DNA of 64,000 bases, taken from positions 248,001-312,000 of IMG/VR virus record IMGVR_UViG_3300021197_001489; one strand, given 5' to 3'. This document shows positions 17,564-27,578 of this stretch, piece after piece. The notes beneath the pieces are model-generated. The model was not told the origin of the DNA. It did no database searches and saw only the letters and a list, made by a program, of their open reading frames with translations. Numbering within the stretch: the stretch's first letter is position 1; every line of letters starts with the position of its first letter. Both the position numbers and the translations under genes were made by a program.

Positions 17564-19202
17564 CGCCCAGCAATATACCAGTAATAACCTATTACAAAAT
17601 AATGGCATGGGTTACAATCACAACTATTTGAGGGCCGAAAACTGGTCAGGTACTTACGGTATAGGCTATTGGGGCGGAAGCACTGCTTCAGGTGGTAACA
17701 ATCCAAGTATTCCAAACAGGATGCCAAACAATTCAGGTTTTAATTGGGGAGGTGCAGACAGTACTATTAGTGCAACCATTGCACTTAACACTGCATTACA
17801 ATTAAGTGGTATACAAGTAGAAGGATTTGAATATGAATGGCGTGTTAAAAACTATAACACAACGTCAAGAACACAAACACAAGTCGATCCCTTTGAAATA
17901 ACAGTAGATGTTAAAAAAGCAGATGGATCAATCTTTACATCCTATAATTATCAATATGGTCGAACTGGCTGGCAAGTTTTTTCTGGATCAGAATCATTTG
18001 GTGTGCCTCACTTGCCTGTGTCTTTCTTTGGCGATGTTGTAATATCAGCACAAGCCCAAGATATTGAAAACTATGCAGGACATTACGGTCCTGAATTCAA
18101 CGTTAGCGCAAGTTCATTTAAAATGACCTATAGTCTTGATCCTTGTTACAGTAATCCTCTACATTCGGCTACATGCCCTGGTTATGCAACTGCATTTTAC
18201 AATCAACAATGCACTGCTAATCCATTGTACGATTCAGGTTGTACGGGCTATGCTGCCGCTTATTTGACGCAACAATGTACCAGTAATCCGTTGTACAGCA
18301 CCAGTTGTACAGGATACACAACAGCATATTACAATCAACAGTGTGCTTTAGATGCACTCTATGATAAAGGTTGCAAAGGATATCAGGCCGCATACACAAC
18401 ACAACAATGTTCGTTAGATCCATCATACGATCCAAGCTGTACAGGATACGCAACTGCAATTGGAAATCAACAGTGTATTGCAGATCCTACATCAGATCCA
18501 AGTTGTCCGGACTACTATGTAGAAATGTGTAAAGCAGATGCACTATATGACCAAGGTTGTTCAGGATATTCTACTGCTTACTTTGATCAACAGTGCAGTT
18601 TAGATGGACAATATGATCAGAGCTGTCCAGGATATATAGATCTTTCCGGTAATGATGGCGATGTTGCAGTGCTTGATCCTGTTGTTGATGATGTAGTAAA
18701 TGTAGAAGTGCCAGTGTTTGTTGTTCCGGAACCAGTTGTTGTGGTTGAGGACACAGCGGTAGAAGAAGAAACAGTAGTAGAAGTTGAGATTGTGGAAGTT
18801 GTGATTGACGATACACCACAGGAAATAGTCAGTGACCAAGCCGACTTGATCGAAGAAGAAGTTGTAATGATTGAAAGCGTAAAGAAAATTGATAAAGTTG
18901 AAGCAAAAGCAAAAAAGATAAAAGAAATACGTCAGGAGATTATCGAATCACTTGCAGATAAGATGAGTACTGCGGCCTCGTTTGGAATACAAACTAAAAT
19001 ACAAAGTAGAATAATAAAGGTACTAAATTTTGTACAGGATTTTGATGGGTACGGAAACAATGTTATACCTGATGGTCAATTTGAAGAAGAAGTAAATCTC
19101 AAGGGCGGCAGGAATGTGGATCATCAGTTTGCAAGATGGTTTTTAAACGATCCGAACTATGAACGTTTAGAAGCAATGCAATATGAGTTAAAAGGTTACT
19201 AA
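17490..19202 (+). CDS. Secreted protein with eight Cys/Tyr-rich repeats (cassette gene 3)
   Basis: Signal peptide; repeats C..(N/D)PLY...C.GY..AY..QQ; acidic Val/Glu linker. Confidence 0.75.
   Translation: MFKKETVLSLLAALVLVCCFSSYSNAQQYTSNNLLQNNGMGYNHNYLRAENWSGTYGIGYWGGSTASGGNNPSIPNRMPNNSGFNWGGADSTISATIALNTALQLSGIQVEGFEYEWRVKNYNTTSRTQTQVDPFEITVDVKKADGSIFTSYNYQYGRTGWQVFSGSESFGVPHLPVSFFGDVVISAQAQDIENYAGHYGPEFNVSASSFKMTYSLDPCYSNPLHSATCPGYATAFYNQQCTANPLYDSGCTGYAAAYLTQQCTSNPLYSTSCTGYTTAYYNQQCALDALYDKGCKGYQAAYTTQQCSLDPSYDPSCTGYATAIGNQQCIADPTSDPSCPDYYVEMCKADALYDQGCSGYSTAYFDQQCSLDGQYDQSCPGYIDLSGNDGDVAVLDPVVDDVVNVEVPVFVVPEPVVVVEDTAVEEETVVEVEIVEVVIDDTPQEIVSDQADLIEEEVVMIESVKKIDKVEAKAKKIKEIRQEIIESLADKMSTAASFGIQTKIQSRIIKVLNFVQDFDGYGNNVIPDGQFEEEVNLKGGRNVDHQFARWFLNDPNYERLEAMQYELKGY
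18138..18640 (+). repeat. Eight tandem ~22-aa Cys-Tyr repeats (coding)
   Basis: DPCYSNPLHSATCPGY, QCTANPLYDSGCTGY, QCTSNPLYSTSCTGY, QCALDALYDKGCKGY, QCSLDPSYDPSCTGY, QCIADPTSDPSCPDY, MCKADALYDQGCSGY, QCSLDGQYDQSCPGY. Confidence 0.9.
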
Positions 19203-19203
19203 A

Positions 19204-19362
19204 ATGTTCTATGTTATAATAATTACAGTTGGAATTCTTTCATACAACTTTGACAATCTATATTTCAAAGACATAGAAACTTGTCGTTATCATAAGGCAA
19301 AGTTGGAACAGTCATTGCTGTTTTATAAGAGAGATACCAAAGTCGAATGTAAACTCAAATGA
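19204..19362 (+). CDS. Small two-Cys hydrophobic protein (not in ORF track)
   Basis: Hand translation: MFYVIIITVGILSYNFDNLYFKDIETCRYHKAKLEQSLLFYKRDTKVECKLK. Confidence 0.55.
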   Translation: MFYVIIITVGILSYNFDNLYFKDIETCRYHKAKLEQSLLFYKRDTKVECKLK

Positions 19363-19553
19363 TTGTGTTGGTGATCATATGCTTGTTGGTAGTTTTGCTT
19401 GCAACTCTGATAGGAGGTGTTTATATCTATGAGGATATAGACTGGTACACAGAACCACCGAGAACAGAGATAGAAATTAAAGCACAAGATATTAAAGCAA
19501 GAATAGCATGGATAAAATTGGATATGGCGGCATTTTTACAAAATACTAGCTAA
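19359..19553 (+). CDS. Small membrane protein
   Basis: N-terminal TM helix; ATGA overlap with the upstream gene. Confidence 0.5.
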   Translation: MIVLVIICLLVVLLATLIGGVYIYEDIDWYTEPPRTEIEIKAQDIKARIAWIKLDMAAFLQNTS

Positions 19554-19560
19554 TAAATAG

Positions 19561-20154
19561 ATGATGGAACCATCACAAGAATACTACGACGCAGTTGCCA
19601 AAGGCACACACTTTCAAGAAACTGAAAGTGCTTGGGCAGGTGCTGACAGTAAAAACTATATTGAACAAGTTAAATGCCTTGCAAAGCATCATAAAGCAAA
19701 AACACTGCTCGACTACGGTTGCGGCAAAGGTGAACAGTACACACTTAAAGCTCCGCCTTTTGACGAGCGTACTGGTTTTAAAAGCTACTACCTATTTGAT
19801 CCATGTGTGCAACGCTACAGCAAACCGCCTCGCAGTAACAGAAAATTTGACGCAATTATCTGTTTACAAGTTATAAGACACATACCCAATAAAGATATTC
19901 AATGGCTTAAAGAGTACTTTGAACGTGCTGCCAAGAAGTTTGTGCTTATTGGCGAGTATGATCCTACCTTTAAACAAAAGCCAAAAAAAGTAACCAATGC
20001 TGATTCAGAAAGTAGAACAATTGACTTTTACCAAGAAGCGTTTGCAGACTGGAACAGTTCAGCAGAACTGTACTTTCATTGGCGAAAACACCAATGTGAA
20101 GTGACCAGAAGAGACAACAATAAGATTATAAATATCACTAACATGGAGAGCTAG
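19561..20154 (+). CDS. Class I SAM-dependent methyltransferase
   Basis: LLDYGCGKG, FDP, FDAIICLQVIRHIP. Confidence 0.85.
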   Translation: MMEPSQEYYDAVAKGTHFQETESAWAGADSKNYIEQVKCLAKHHKAKTLLDYGCGKGEQYTLKAPPFDERTGFKSYYLFDPCVQRYSKPPRSNRKFDAIICLQVIRHIPNKDIQWLKEYFERAAKKFVLIGEYDPTFKQKPKKVTNADSESRTIDFYQEAFADWNSSAELYFHWRKHQCEVTRRDNNKIINITNMES

Positions 20155-20155
20155 A

Positions 20156-20488
20156 ATGGGCGAAGAAGAAATTAAACAAGCAGGGTTTCACCCAGCAGAC
20201 ACCAACGGTGATGGAAACGTTACCAATGATGAACATGAAATGTACATGGAATTCAAACGTAAAGAACTTGAAGATCAAGATGCAATGCGCGATGCACAGC
20301 GTAAGATGGCATGGTTTAGTTTAGCAGGTATGCTCCTATATCCAGCTATTGTGCTAATTGCGGTGCTAGCCGGCATTGACCAAGCAGCAAAAATACTAGG
20401 CGATATGGCAGCCGTTTACTTTGTTTCAGTAGCAGCTATTGTTGCAGCATTCTTTGGTGCGCAAGCATATAACAAACCTAAGAAATAG
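20156..20488 (+). CDS. Putative holin-like membrane protein with EF-hand-like loop
   Basis: DTNGDGNVTNDE loop, two TM helices, basic C-terminus. Confidence 0.55.
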   Translation: MGEEEIKQAGFHPADTNGDGNVTNDEHEMYMEFKRKELEDQDAMRDAQRKMAWFSLAGMLLYPAIVLIAVLAGIDQAAKILGDMAAVYFVSVAAIVAAFFGAQAYNKPKK

Positions 20489-21042
20489 TGTACCCCCATC
20501 CATACTACTGCTGGCCAGACTATCCTGGCGTTGAAAACTTTTACTTTGTAAACATTCCAAAAAATTGCAGTACCACAGTGCGCAACTGGGCAGCATGGAT
20601 TGGAACACGTAATGGCAAACTAACCAAGCCTTTTCGTTTTACCATTCTGCGTGATCCGTATGGTAGACTCAAGAGTACATTTGCATATGGACTGAGTCAG
20701 CGATACAGTTACTTGGAAACGGTTGAAAGCATTGGCAACAAACTGTTAGGAGCCAGCGAGCTTTCTGGAGACTTGCTGACACATTTTATACCGCAGCATG
20801 TGTTTCTTGAACATGCGCCAGTTAAACCAGAACATTATTATCACAGTGGGCAGATGCGTGAATTGCGTCAAGAACTAAGCAACCGCAGCGGAATCGATCT
20901 TATATGGATACATGAGAATCGCAGCAGGTACAGTGCTGAGTTCACTGAGCAGTACAACAACTGGTTTGTAAAAAATCAAACCTGGATCGATGATTACCTT
21001 GGCCGAGATGTCGAATTATATGCTCAACACATTGTCTCTTAG
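20488..21042 (+). CDS. Sulfotransferase-family protein
   Basis: FVNIPKNCSTTVR and ILRDPYGRLKSTF; HFIPQ. Confidence 0.75.
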   Translation: MYPHPYYCWPDYPGVENFYFVNIPKNCSTTVRNWAAWIGTRNGKLTKPFRFTILRDPYGRLKSTFAYGLSQRYSYLETVESIGNKLLGASELSGDLLTHFIPQHVFLEHAPVKPEHYYHSGQMRELRQELSNRSGIDLIWIHENRSRYSAEFTEQYNNWFVKNQTWIDDYLGRDVELYAQHIVS

Positions 21043-22074
21043 CTCTTGGGTTATTGAATCAAAAAATTCATCACTAAAAAACAGCGTTTTGTTTTTGCTG
21101 GCTATAGTTTTACAGCTATTCCAAATTGATTCCTGTTGATTATCAGGTAAGTTATTGATACGATCCATCTCTTTTATGACCATGAGCATGCGCTTGTCGC
21201 AGTCTGATTCTGTATCATAACTTTCGTCAATAAAGGGTGAGAATGTTTCGAATCCGTAACTGCGCAAATATTTCAGTGTTCCAGCACCATTCAGTATCAT
21301 AAAAGGATGCCCGCATGCAATTGGGCGTAGTGTTTTTTCTGTAAGGTGGATGCGACCATCGTATACAGTTTCTAACACAATGCTGCAATTTGTTTTTGCA
21401 AAGTCTTCGCAGTTATATTCAGCACTGCTATTGCTGTTAACAACGGCGTCAGGATCAATACTGCCCAGTTGCTTTCTGTCAACAAACCTAAGCAGTTTTA
21501 AAAAATGTTGTCGGTATTGTCTTGTGCCAGTTGTGCCTCTGGCATACACTAACCAATTAGCCTCTTTGTCTTCTTGCGGTAGTTCAAGACGTTGGTCATA
21601 CTGAGCATATCTATACCAGTCTCGAGCAATTGCTGCATGACTCCACCAATAAGCACATGCAAATAGTCCACTGTCTTCATAGCGTTCTACTTGAGGGCTA
21701 GCCAGTTCACTGTGTAATAATATCCATTTTTCTGTGAAGTTTTGTGGGTGCTGCCATCTTAGATTTAGGTTCTCATAGTTAGATTTTTTAATATCATCGA
21801 TTTGTGTTGGAATAAAGTTACCACTAGCTACAAGTGCGTTGAGGATCTTTTGATCATCACTGTACATGTCAAAATCCAATGGCTCTTGATCGTGACAAAT
21901 TAGCACAGGAAAAGCAGCGTATTTTTTACGATATATATCTTCGTTCATTCGATCTACATTGCTTACTAGATTGGCAATATCTTTTTGTCCCCAGGGATAG
22001 AAGTATTTGATTAAAAATTTATTTTCTACCACCTGGGCGACAAAATTGTATAAATTACTAGTAGGAACAGACAT
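21016..22074 (-). CDS. Hypothetical protein, glycosyltransferase-like C-terminus
   Basis: SIVLET...LTEKTLRPI..GHPF..L...GTLKYLRSYGF resembles the GT10/fucosyltransferase-like donor-binding region. Start moved to ATG 22074. Confidence 0.5.
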   Translation of the reverse strand: MSVPTSNLYNFVAQVVENKFLIKYFYPWGQKDIANLVSNVDRMNEDIYRKKYAAFPVLICHDQEPLDFDMYSDDQKILNALVASGNFIPTQIDDIKKSNYENLNLRWQHPQNFTEKWILLHSELASPQVERYEDSGLFACAYWWSHAAIARDWYRYAQYDQRLELPQEDKEANWLVYARGTTGTRQYRQHFLKLLRFVDRKQLGSIDPDAVVNSNSSAEYNCEDFAKTNCSIVLETVYDGRIHLTEKTLRPIACGHPFMILNGAGTLKYLRSYGFETFSPFIDESYDTESDCDKRMLMVIKEMDRINNLPDNQQESIWNSCKTIASKNKTLFFSDEFFDSITQELRDNVLSI

Positions 22075-22090
22075 CTTAGAAAGGTACCTT

Positions 22091-23326
22091 ATGAGAATTG
22101 GATTTATTGGGCTTGGCAAGCTCGGACTTGATTGCGCCGAAGTAATGGCAGAAAAGTATACAGTACATGGCTACGATATTTACCCGCGTACTTCGGACAG
22201 TGTAAAAGTTTGTAGCACTCCCAAAAAGATGATTGACAACAGTGATTGGATTTTTATTGCTGTTCAAACGCCACACACAGAAGGTTATGATGGTAGTGTT
22301 CCTAGCTCGCACATGGAACCCAAAGACTTTGGACATGATGCTGTTAAAGATGCTATTAACATGGTAAACGAACTGGCTATCGAACCAAAAAAGATTGTGC
22401 TTATTTCAACAGTGCTTCCTGGAACTACACGACGTGAGTTTTATCCCTTGCTAAACAGTGAGCATCAATTTTTATACAATCCATACTTGATTGCAATGGG
22501 CAGTGTAAAGTGGGACTTTGCTAACCCTGAAATGGTTATGATAGGTACCGAAACAGGTGATCCTACAGAGATGGAAGATCTAATCAATCTGTATCGCCCA
22601 CTGATGAAAAACAATCCACGTTATGTTACAGGTACCTGGGACGAATGCGAAAGTATAAAGATATTTTACAACACATTTATCAGTGCTAAAGTAGGGCTTG
22701 TAAACATGATACAAGACTTTGCACTAAAGATAGGCAACATAAACGTTGACGTTGTTACAGACGCTCTAGCACAGAGTACAATGCGTATTATGGGTCCGAA
22801 GTACATGACAGCAGGCATGGGAGACTCAGGCGCATGCCATCCACGAGATAACATTGCACTGCGTTGGCTTGCAAAAGAATACGATATCGGTTACGATATG
22901 TTTGATACTATTATGGGTGCTAGAGAAGTACAAGCAAAGAATCTAGCAGACTTTTTGGTAGAACACGCCGACGGCAAGCCTATTGTGATACACGGGAAAG
23001 CATACAAACCTGATGTGCCTTTTTGTATCGGAAGTTATAGCACACTGATTGGTTTCTACATTGAAGAGCAAGGATTGCCGGTAAAGTATGTAGATCCAAT
23101 TGCAGACAATCCAAAAGACGTAGTTGATAGCATTGACGAAGCATCAATGATATTGTATGCACACAATAGATATATCACATACGGTTATACTGGACAGTAT
23201 ACCAAGGATGATACTTTCTACTGTGACATTCCACCAGGTTCTGTTGTTGTTGATCCATGGAGAAACCTGCCTAAACACAGTAACAGTTACGAAGTAATAC
23301 ATTATGGCAACACCAGACCACAATAA
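22091..23326 (+). CDS. ugd: UDP-glucose/GDP-mannose dehydrogenase family
   Basis: GFIGLGKLG, IAVQTP, STVLPGT, YNP, E..KIFYN, GDSGACHPRD, GKAYKP. Confidence 0.92.
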   Translation: MRIGFIGLGKLGLDCAEVMAEKYTVHGYDIYPRTSDSVKVCSTPKKMIDNSDWIFIAVQTPHTEGYDGSVPSSHMEPKDFGHDAVKDAINMVNELAIEPKKIVLISTVLPGTTRREFYPLLNSEHQFLYNPYLIAMGSVKWDFANPEMVMIGTETGDPTEMEDLINLYRPLMKNNPRYVTGTWDECESIKIFYNTFISAKVGLVNMIQDFALKIGNINVDVVTDALAQSTMRIMGPKYMTAGMGDSGACHPRDNIALRWLAKEYDIGYDMFDTIMGAREVQAKNLADFLVEHADGKPIVIHGKAYKPDVPFCIGSYSTLIGFYIEEQGLPVKYVDPIADNPKDVVDSIDEASMILYAHNRYITYGYTGQYTKDDTFYCDIPPGSVVVDPWRNLPKHSNSYEVIHYGNTRPQ

Positions 23327-23828
23327 AACATGGTGGCAAGGACACAGTGCTCCAGTATGGCAAGGAGCATTTGAAGACCTGCCATACAAAAACGAACCGT
23401 TCAATGATCCTGTAAGTTTAGCAGAATGGCGCAAGCTAGGGTACACACAAACAAAGTTCACCGGCGATATGTATGACATGCGCAATTCTGCACCCGGATG
23501 GATGAATGCAATTCGCAAAGTATTGCCTTGGAAACATTTTTCATGGAGTGTTTACAGAATGGATCCAGGGTGTTGCTTGCCAACACACGGCGATACATAT
23601 GCACGTTTCTGTAAGTTATACAACATCACAGACATGTACACAGTTCACAGAGCAATATTTTTTATGAAAGATTGGGAAAGCGGACACGTCTTTGAAATAG
23701 ATGGTGTACCGCAAACACAATGGCGTGCCGGAGACTACTATGTGTGGCGAAATGATACTGAGCATCTAGCAGCCAACGTTGGCAAAACACCTAGATACAG
23801 TCTACAGATTACTGGAGTTATCGAGTGA
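23304..23828 (+). CDS. 2OG-Fe(II)/cupin-fold oxygenase-like protein
   Basis: Facial triad H-G-D ... H (PTHGD, TEHLAAN); YSLQITG. Confidence 0.75.
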   Translation: MATPDHNKTWWQGHSAPVWQGAFEDLPYKNEPFNDPVSLAEWRKLGYTQTKFTGDMYDMRNSAPGWMNAIRKVLPWKHFSWSVYRMDPGCCLPTHGDTYARFCKLYNITDMYTVHRAIFFMKDWESGHVFEIDGVPQTQWRAGDYYVWRNDTEHLAANVGKTPRYSLQITGVIE

Positions 23829-24745
23829 AAATCCACAGTTACAATGAATGGGATCAACTTAGGGAAACCTATGTTGGCATAGCCAACCATGCCAATTGGC
23901 CAAGTGATGATCCAGTGTTCGCCAACGAAAGTGAAAAAACACTGTGGAAAGAAACGCCAGTACCAAGTGGTGCTGTGCCGCAGTGGATCATTGACGAAGC
24001 CAATGAAGACCTAGACAGTTTAGCAGCAATATTAGTTAAGCAAGGTGTTAAAGTCAATCGCCCAACTGATATAAACTTCCAAATGATGGGCGGCATGTAC
24101 AACTACTGCCCACGTGATAGACTATTAATTGCCGGTGACAGAATACTTGATCCGCCAATGATGTATCCGTGTAGAAACATGGAAGTGCTTTGTTACAAAG
24201 AAATGACTGAAGGCAATACAGTTATTGAAATGCCGCGTGATCAAGGCTTAACGCTGGATGCAGCAAACATCTGCAGACTTGGAGATACTTGGTTATATCT
24301 TGAAAGCGAAAGTGGCAATAGAGCAGCATACGAATGGCTGTGCGAAAAGTTTCCAAGTATTAACATCGAACTGGTAAACTTTTATGCAGGAGTACACATT
24401 GACAGTACCATTGTGCCACTGCGTGAAGGATTGCTGCTTGCAAACAGGCCTCGTGTAAAATCAAAACGTTACTTGCCAAAAGTTCTCAAAGATTGGAAAA
24501 TCATCTATGTTGATGACATGGTGCCGCAAAGTTTTCATGAATATCCATATGCCAGTAAATGGATTGGATTGAACATGTTGGCTGTGAATAGCAACACCGT
24601 AATAATGGACCCGGCCCAGACTGACCTTATAAATACTCTGGAGAAGCATAAGTTTAACATTATAACGCACACACTGCGACACAGCAGAACACTGGGCGGC
24701 GGACATCACTGTGTAACACTAGATACCTGGAGAGAAAATGCTTGA
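23825..24745 (+). CDS. Amidinotransferase (glycine/inosamine-phosphate amidinotransferase family)
   Basis: SYNEWD, YCPRD, DAAN, HIDST, GGGHHCVTLD; catalytic Asp/His/Cys present. Confidence 0.92.
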   Translation: MKIHSYNEWDQLRETYVGIANHANWPSDDPVFANESEKTLWKETPVPSGAVPQWIIDEANEDLDSLAAILVKQGVKVNRPTDINFQMMGGMYNYCPRDRLLIAGDRILDPPMMYPCRNMEVLCYKEMTEGNTVIEMPRDQGLTLDAANICRLGDTWLYLESESGNRAAYEWLCEKFPSINIELVNFYAGVHIDSTIVPLREGLLLANRPRVKSKRYLPKVLKDWKIIYVDDMVPQSFHEYPYASKWIGLNMLAVNSNTVIMDPAQTDLINTLEKHKFNIITHTLRHSRTLGGGHHCVTLDTWRENA

Positions 24746-25988
24746 CGCTAATATATTAAATCAACTTGTCCAAGATGAAATTAAGAAAAATGTCAATGAA
24801 CAAATAAACACTGCACTTAGCTCTTCAGAATGGTTACAAGATCTTGAGTCACGAATCGTTGCGCATGTACAGGATCGAATCACTGCTCGTTTTGCCAACA
24901 TCAGTACTATTCCAGACCTTGTAAGCACAGTAAGTTCAAGTGTTGAAAAAATGTTCAAAGATGGGCTTGTGCCTAGCCTTGATAACTTGGTGGATAACAC
25001 ACTGCTTGAACAGGCAGTTGATCAAGCAGTTGAAAATCTAGTAAGAGACACTGTTGAAAATTTAATGTTCAATGAATCATGGATGGTAAAGATTCAAACG
25101 CAAATCTCTCGCGAAATGAGTGATCGTATTTCAAAGACACTCAAACAAGTGAATATCAAAGATGTACTACGTGAAGTAGTAATTGAAAATGCAGGAACAC
25201 TCACAGCAGATCTCAACAGAGAACTCACTGTTGAAGATGGATTAGTTATTGTCAAGCGTCATCTTAATGCTGAAAGTGCTAGCTTTGAAGAAGGTATTGT
25301 GGTTAAAGGTCCTGCAAGTTTTACAAAAAGTGTAACAGTAGATGGTGATCTTGCTATCAAAGGACGTATCAATACCAACAACAGAAGTTTTATCGAACTT
25401 GCTGAAGTTATTGAAACAAATGCTTACAACAAACTCAAAGAAGAGTTTCTTGAACTTGCAAGCGATTCAATTATTGATCGAGTTCAAAAAGGTATCGATG
25501 TCAAGGCAATAAACATTCTTGGTAAACCATTGGTTGACGATGGAGAACTTAGCAGTGGTATTGTTAACAGTAATCTTACCACTGTTGGTACATTAAGTAG
25601 TTTACAGGTTGGTACTTATTTAAGTGCTAATAATCATAGAGTAGGTATCAATACCACCACACCAACCAGTGCGCTAAGTGTTTGGGACAACGAAGTCAGC
25701 ATTGAAATAGGCAAACACAGTCAAAATTCAGCACAAATTGGCACAGCAAAAGCACACAGTCTTAGTTTACTAACTAATAATCAACAACAATTAACCATTA
25801 ACGCAGATGGGCTAACTTGGGTAAAAGAACTACAGGTTGGGCGTAACAAGATTGCAACAGCTGGTTTAACCCCAGGGCATTCTGGAGCAAAAGGTGATAT
25901 TGTATTCAATAGCAACTACAAACAAGGCGAGCCATTTGCCTGGGCATGCTTGGGTGCATATCGCTGGGCGGAGCTAAAGTCAGCCTAA
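24738..25988 (+). CDS. Hypothetical protein, probably structural (fibre-like C-terminus)
   Basis: Helical N-terminus; NLTTVGTLSSL, VGINTTTP and terminal GDIVFN...WAC...W. Confidence 0.5.
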   Translation: MLDANILNQLVQDEIKKNVNEQINTALSSSEWLQDLESRIVAHVQDRITARFANISTIPDLVSTVSSSVEKMFKDGLVPSLDNLVDNTLLEQAVDQAVENLVRDTVENLMFNESWMVKIQTQISREMSDRISKTLKQVNIKDVLREVVIENAGTLTADLNRELTVEDGLVIVKRHLNAESASFEEGIVVKGPASFTKSVTVDGDLAIKGRINTNNRSFIELAEVIETNAYNKLKEEFLELASDSIIDRVQKGIDVKAINILGKPLVDDGELSSGIVNSNLTTVGTLSSLQVGTYLSANNHRVGINTTTPTSALSVWDNEVSIEIGKHSQNSAQIGTAKAHSLSLLTNNQQQLTINADGLTWVKELQVGRNKIATAGLTPGHSGAKGDIVFNSNYKQGEPFAWACLGAYRWAELKSA

Positions 25989-26536
25989 TGGAAGTTTCTT
26001 GGGTACTAAGTGCTGATTACAGTGATCCAATTGTAAAGCCAGAAACACTCAAAGAGATTGGGTCAACTTGGGGTAGCTGGAAAACCTGGCGCGGGTACAG
26101 CACCGACAATGTGTTGTGTTTCGATGACACAAAGGCACAGGATCTAATTAAACGTGCGTTTCACAGTGTGTGTAACTTTTACATTCCTGAAAAAAGCTAC
26201 ATAACACTTAACCGTCCAAGTGGTGTCAAAGTGTTTGATGGTGATTTTCCGGCTGAATTTGAAAATCAAGAAGACGTTATTGCTATGCATCTAGTAAGCC
26301 AAAGCGAGTTGGTACTGCTGTTGGGCTTTGATCTACAAGAAATCACCGATACCGATACTGTTTCAAAACATCTAAAGAAAAACTACGAAGCCGCAGTTCG
26401 TGCTGTGATCAAAAACCACCCTAATACACAGTGGGTATTTGTTGATCATCCTGGCGAAATGGATAAAAGTTTTGAAGAAATAGAAAATATCACTTGCGAT
26501 ACCTATGAAAATGTGTTACAATTACTAGGTAACTAA
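25988..26536 (+). CDS. Hypothetical protein
   Basis: TAATG coupling with the upstream gene. Confidence 0.55.
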   Translation: MEVSWVLSADYSDPIVKPETLKEIGSTWGSWKTWRGYSTDNVLCFDDTKAQDLIKRAFHSVCNFYIPEKSYITLNRPSGVKVFDGDFPAEFENQEDVIAMHLVSQSELVLLLGFDLQEITDTDTVSKHLKKNYEAAVRAVIKNHPNTQWVFVDHPGEMDKSFEEIENITCDTYENVLQLLGN

Positions 26537-26554
26537 GACACCTAGGAGAATTAC

Positions 26555-27577
26555 ATGGCTGCTCGCGTAGGCTTTTGCTGCAAGTATCTGCATCCAGATC
26601 AGACACAAAAGAAAAAAGTCCTAATGGAGATCCAGCAACAGCGTACAGAAAAATGTACCACTGTTGCGTGGCTTAAACGGCAGACTCGTGAAGTTGCTGA
26701 ACAGCGTTTGTATGACATCATGCAACACAACATGCAAAGCGCGGCCAACTTGGTTGAGTATGTAGGACGCCTTGAGCCAGGATTGCGAATGGTGCGACTG
26801 GGCAGCAATCAATTGCCCATGTACACACAGCCAGACTTCAGTTACTTTTGGCAACAACCTGATATCAAAGTTGAATTGGCAAAAGGTTACGCACAAGTAG
26901 GCAAACTTGCACGACAGTGGGATGTGCGCCTAAGTTTTCACCCTGGACAGTTTTGCGTATTAGCCAGTGACAGTGAAGATATCGTAAATAGAAGCATAGA
27001 GGAGTTTGAATATCATGTTGACATGGTCAGATGGATGGGCTTCGGCCGTAAATTCCAAGACTTCAAGTGTAATGTCCACATCAGCGGTCGCCAGGGTCCA
27101 GCCGGTATCCAACGAGTCCTCCCAAGACTATCTCCAGAAGCGCGAAACTGCATTACTATTGAGAATGACGAGATGTCGCACGGTCTCGACGCATCGCTTG
27201 AGCTCAGCAAAGACGTCGCCCTCGTTCTTGATATACACCACCACTGGGTCCGTACCGGTGAATACATCGAGGCCACCGACGATAGAGTTCTTCGCGTAAT
27301 TGATAGCTGGCGCGGTATACGCCCAGCATTGCATTACTCAGTATCACGTGAAGACATACTGGTTGATCACGATCCTAATGTGCGTCCAGATATGGAAAGT
27401 TTACTCGCAGCAGGCTTCAAGAAACAAAAACTTAGAGCGCACAGTGACTTCTACTGGAATCATGCAGTCAACGAATGGGCTGCAACATTTGCCAAAGATT
27501 TTGACATACAATGTGAGAGCAAGTGCAAGAATCTTGCCAGTCATGCATTCCACAATAACTATATTAAAGGAGACTAA
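26555..27577 (+). CDS. uvsE: UV damage endonuclease UvsE/UvdE
   Basis: GFCCK, VRLGS, RLSFHPGQF, NVHISG, IEND, VLDIHHHW, HYS, HSD, E.KCK. Confidence 0.95.
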   Translation: MAARVGFCCKYLHPDQTQKKKVLMEIQQQRTEKCTTVAWLKRQTREVAEQRLYDIMQHNMQSAANLVEYVGRLEPGLRMVRLGSNQLPMYTQPDFSYFWQQPDIKVELAKGYAQVGKLARQWDVRLSFHPGQFCVLASDSEDIVNRSIEEFEYHVDMVRWMGFGRKFQDFKCNVHISGRQGPAGIQRVLPRLSPEARNCITIENDEMSHGLDASLELSKDVALVLDIHHHWVRTGEYIEATDDRVLRVIDSWRGIRPALHYSVSREDILVDHDPNVRPDMESLLAAGFKKQKLRAHSDFYWNHAVNEWAATFAKDFDIQCESKCKNLASHAFHNNYIKGD

Positions 27578-27578
27578 A

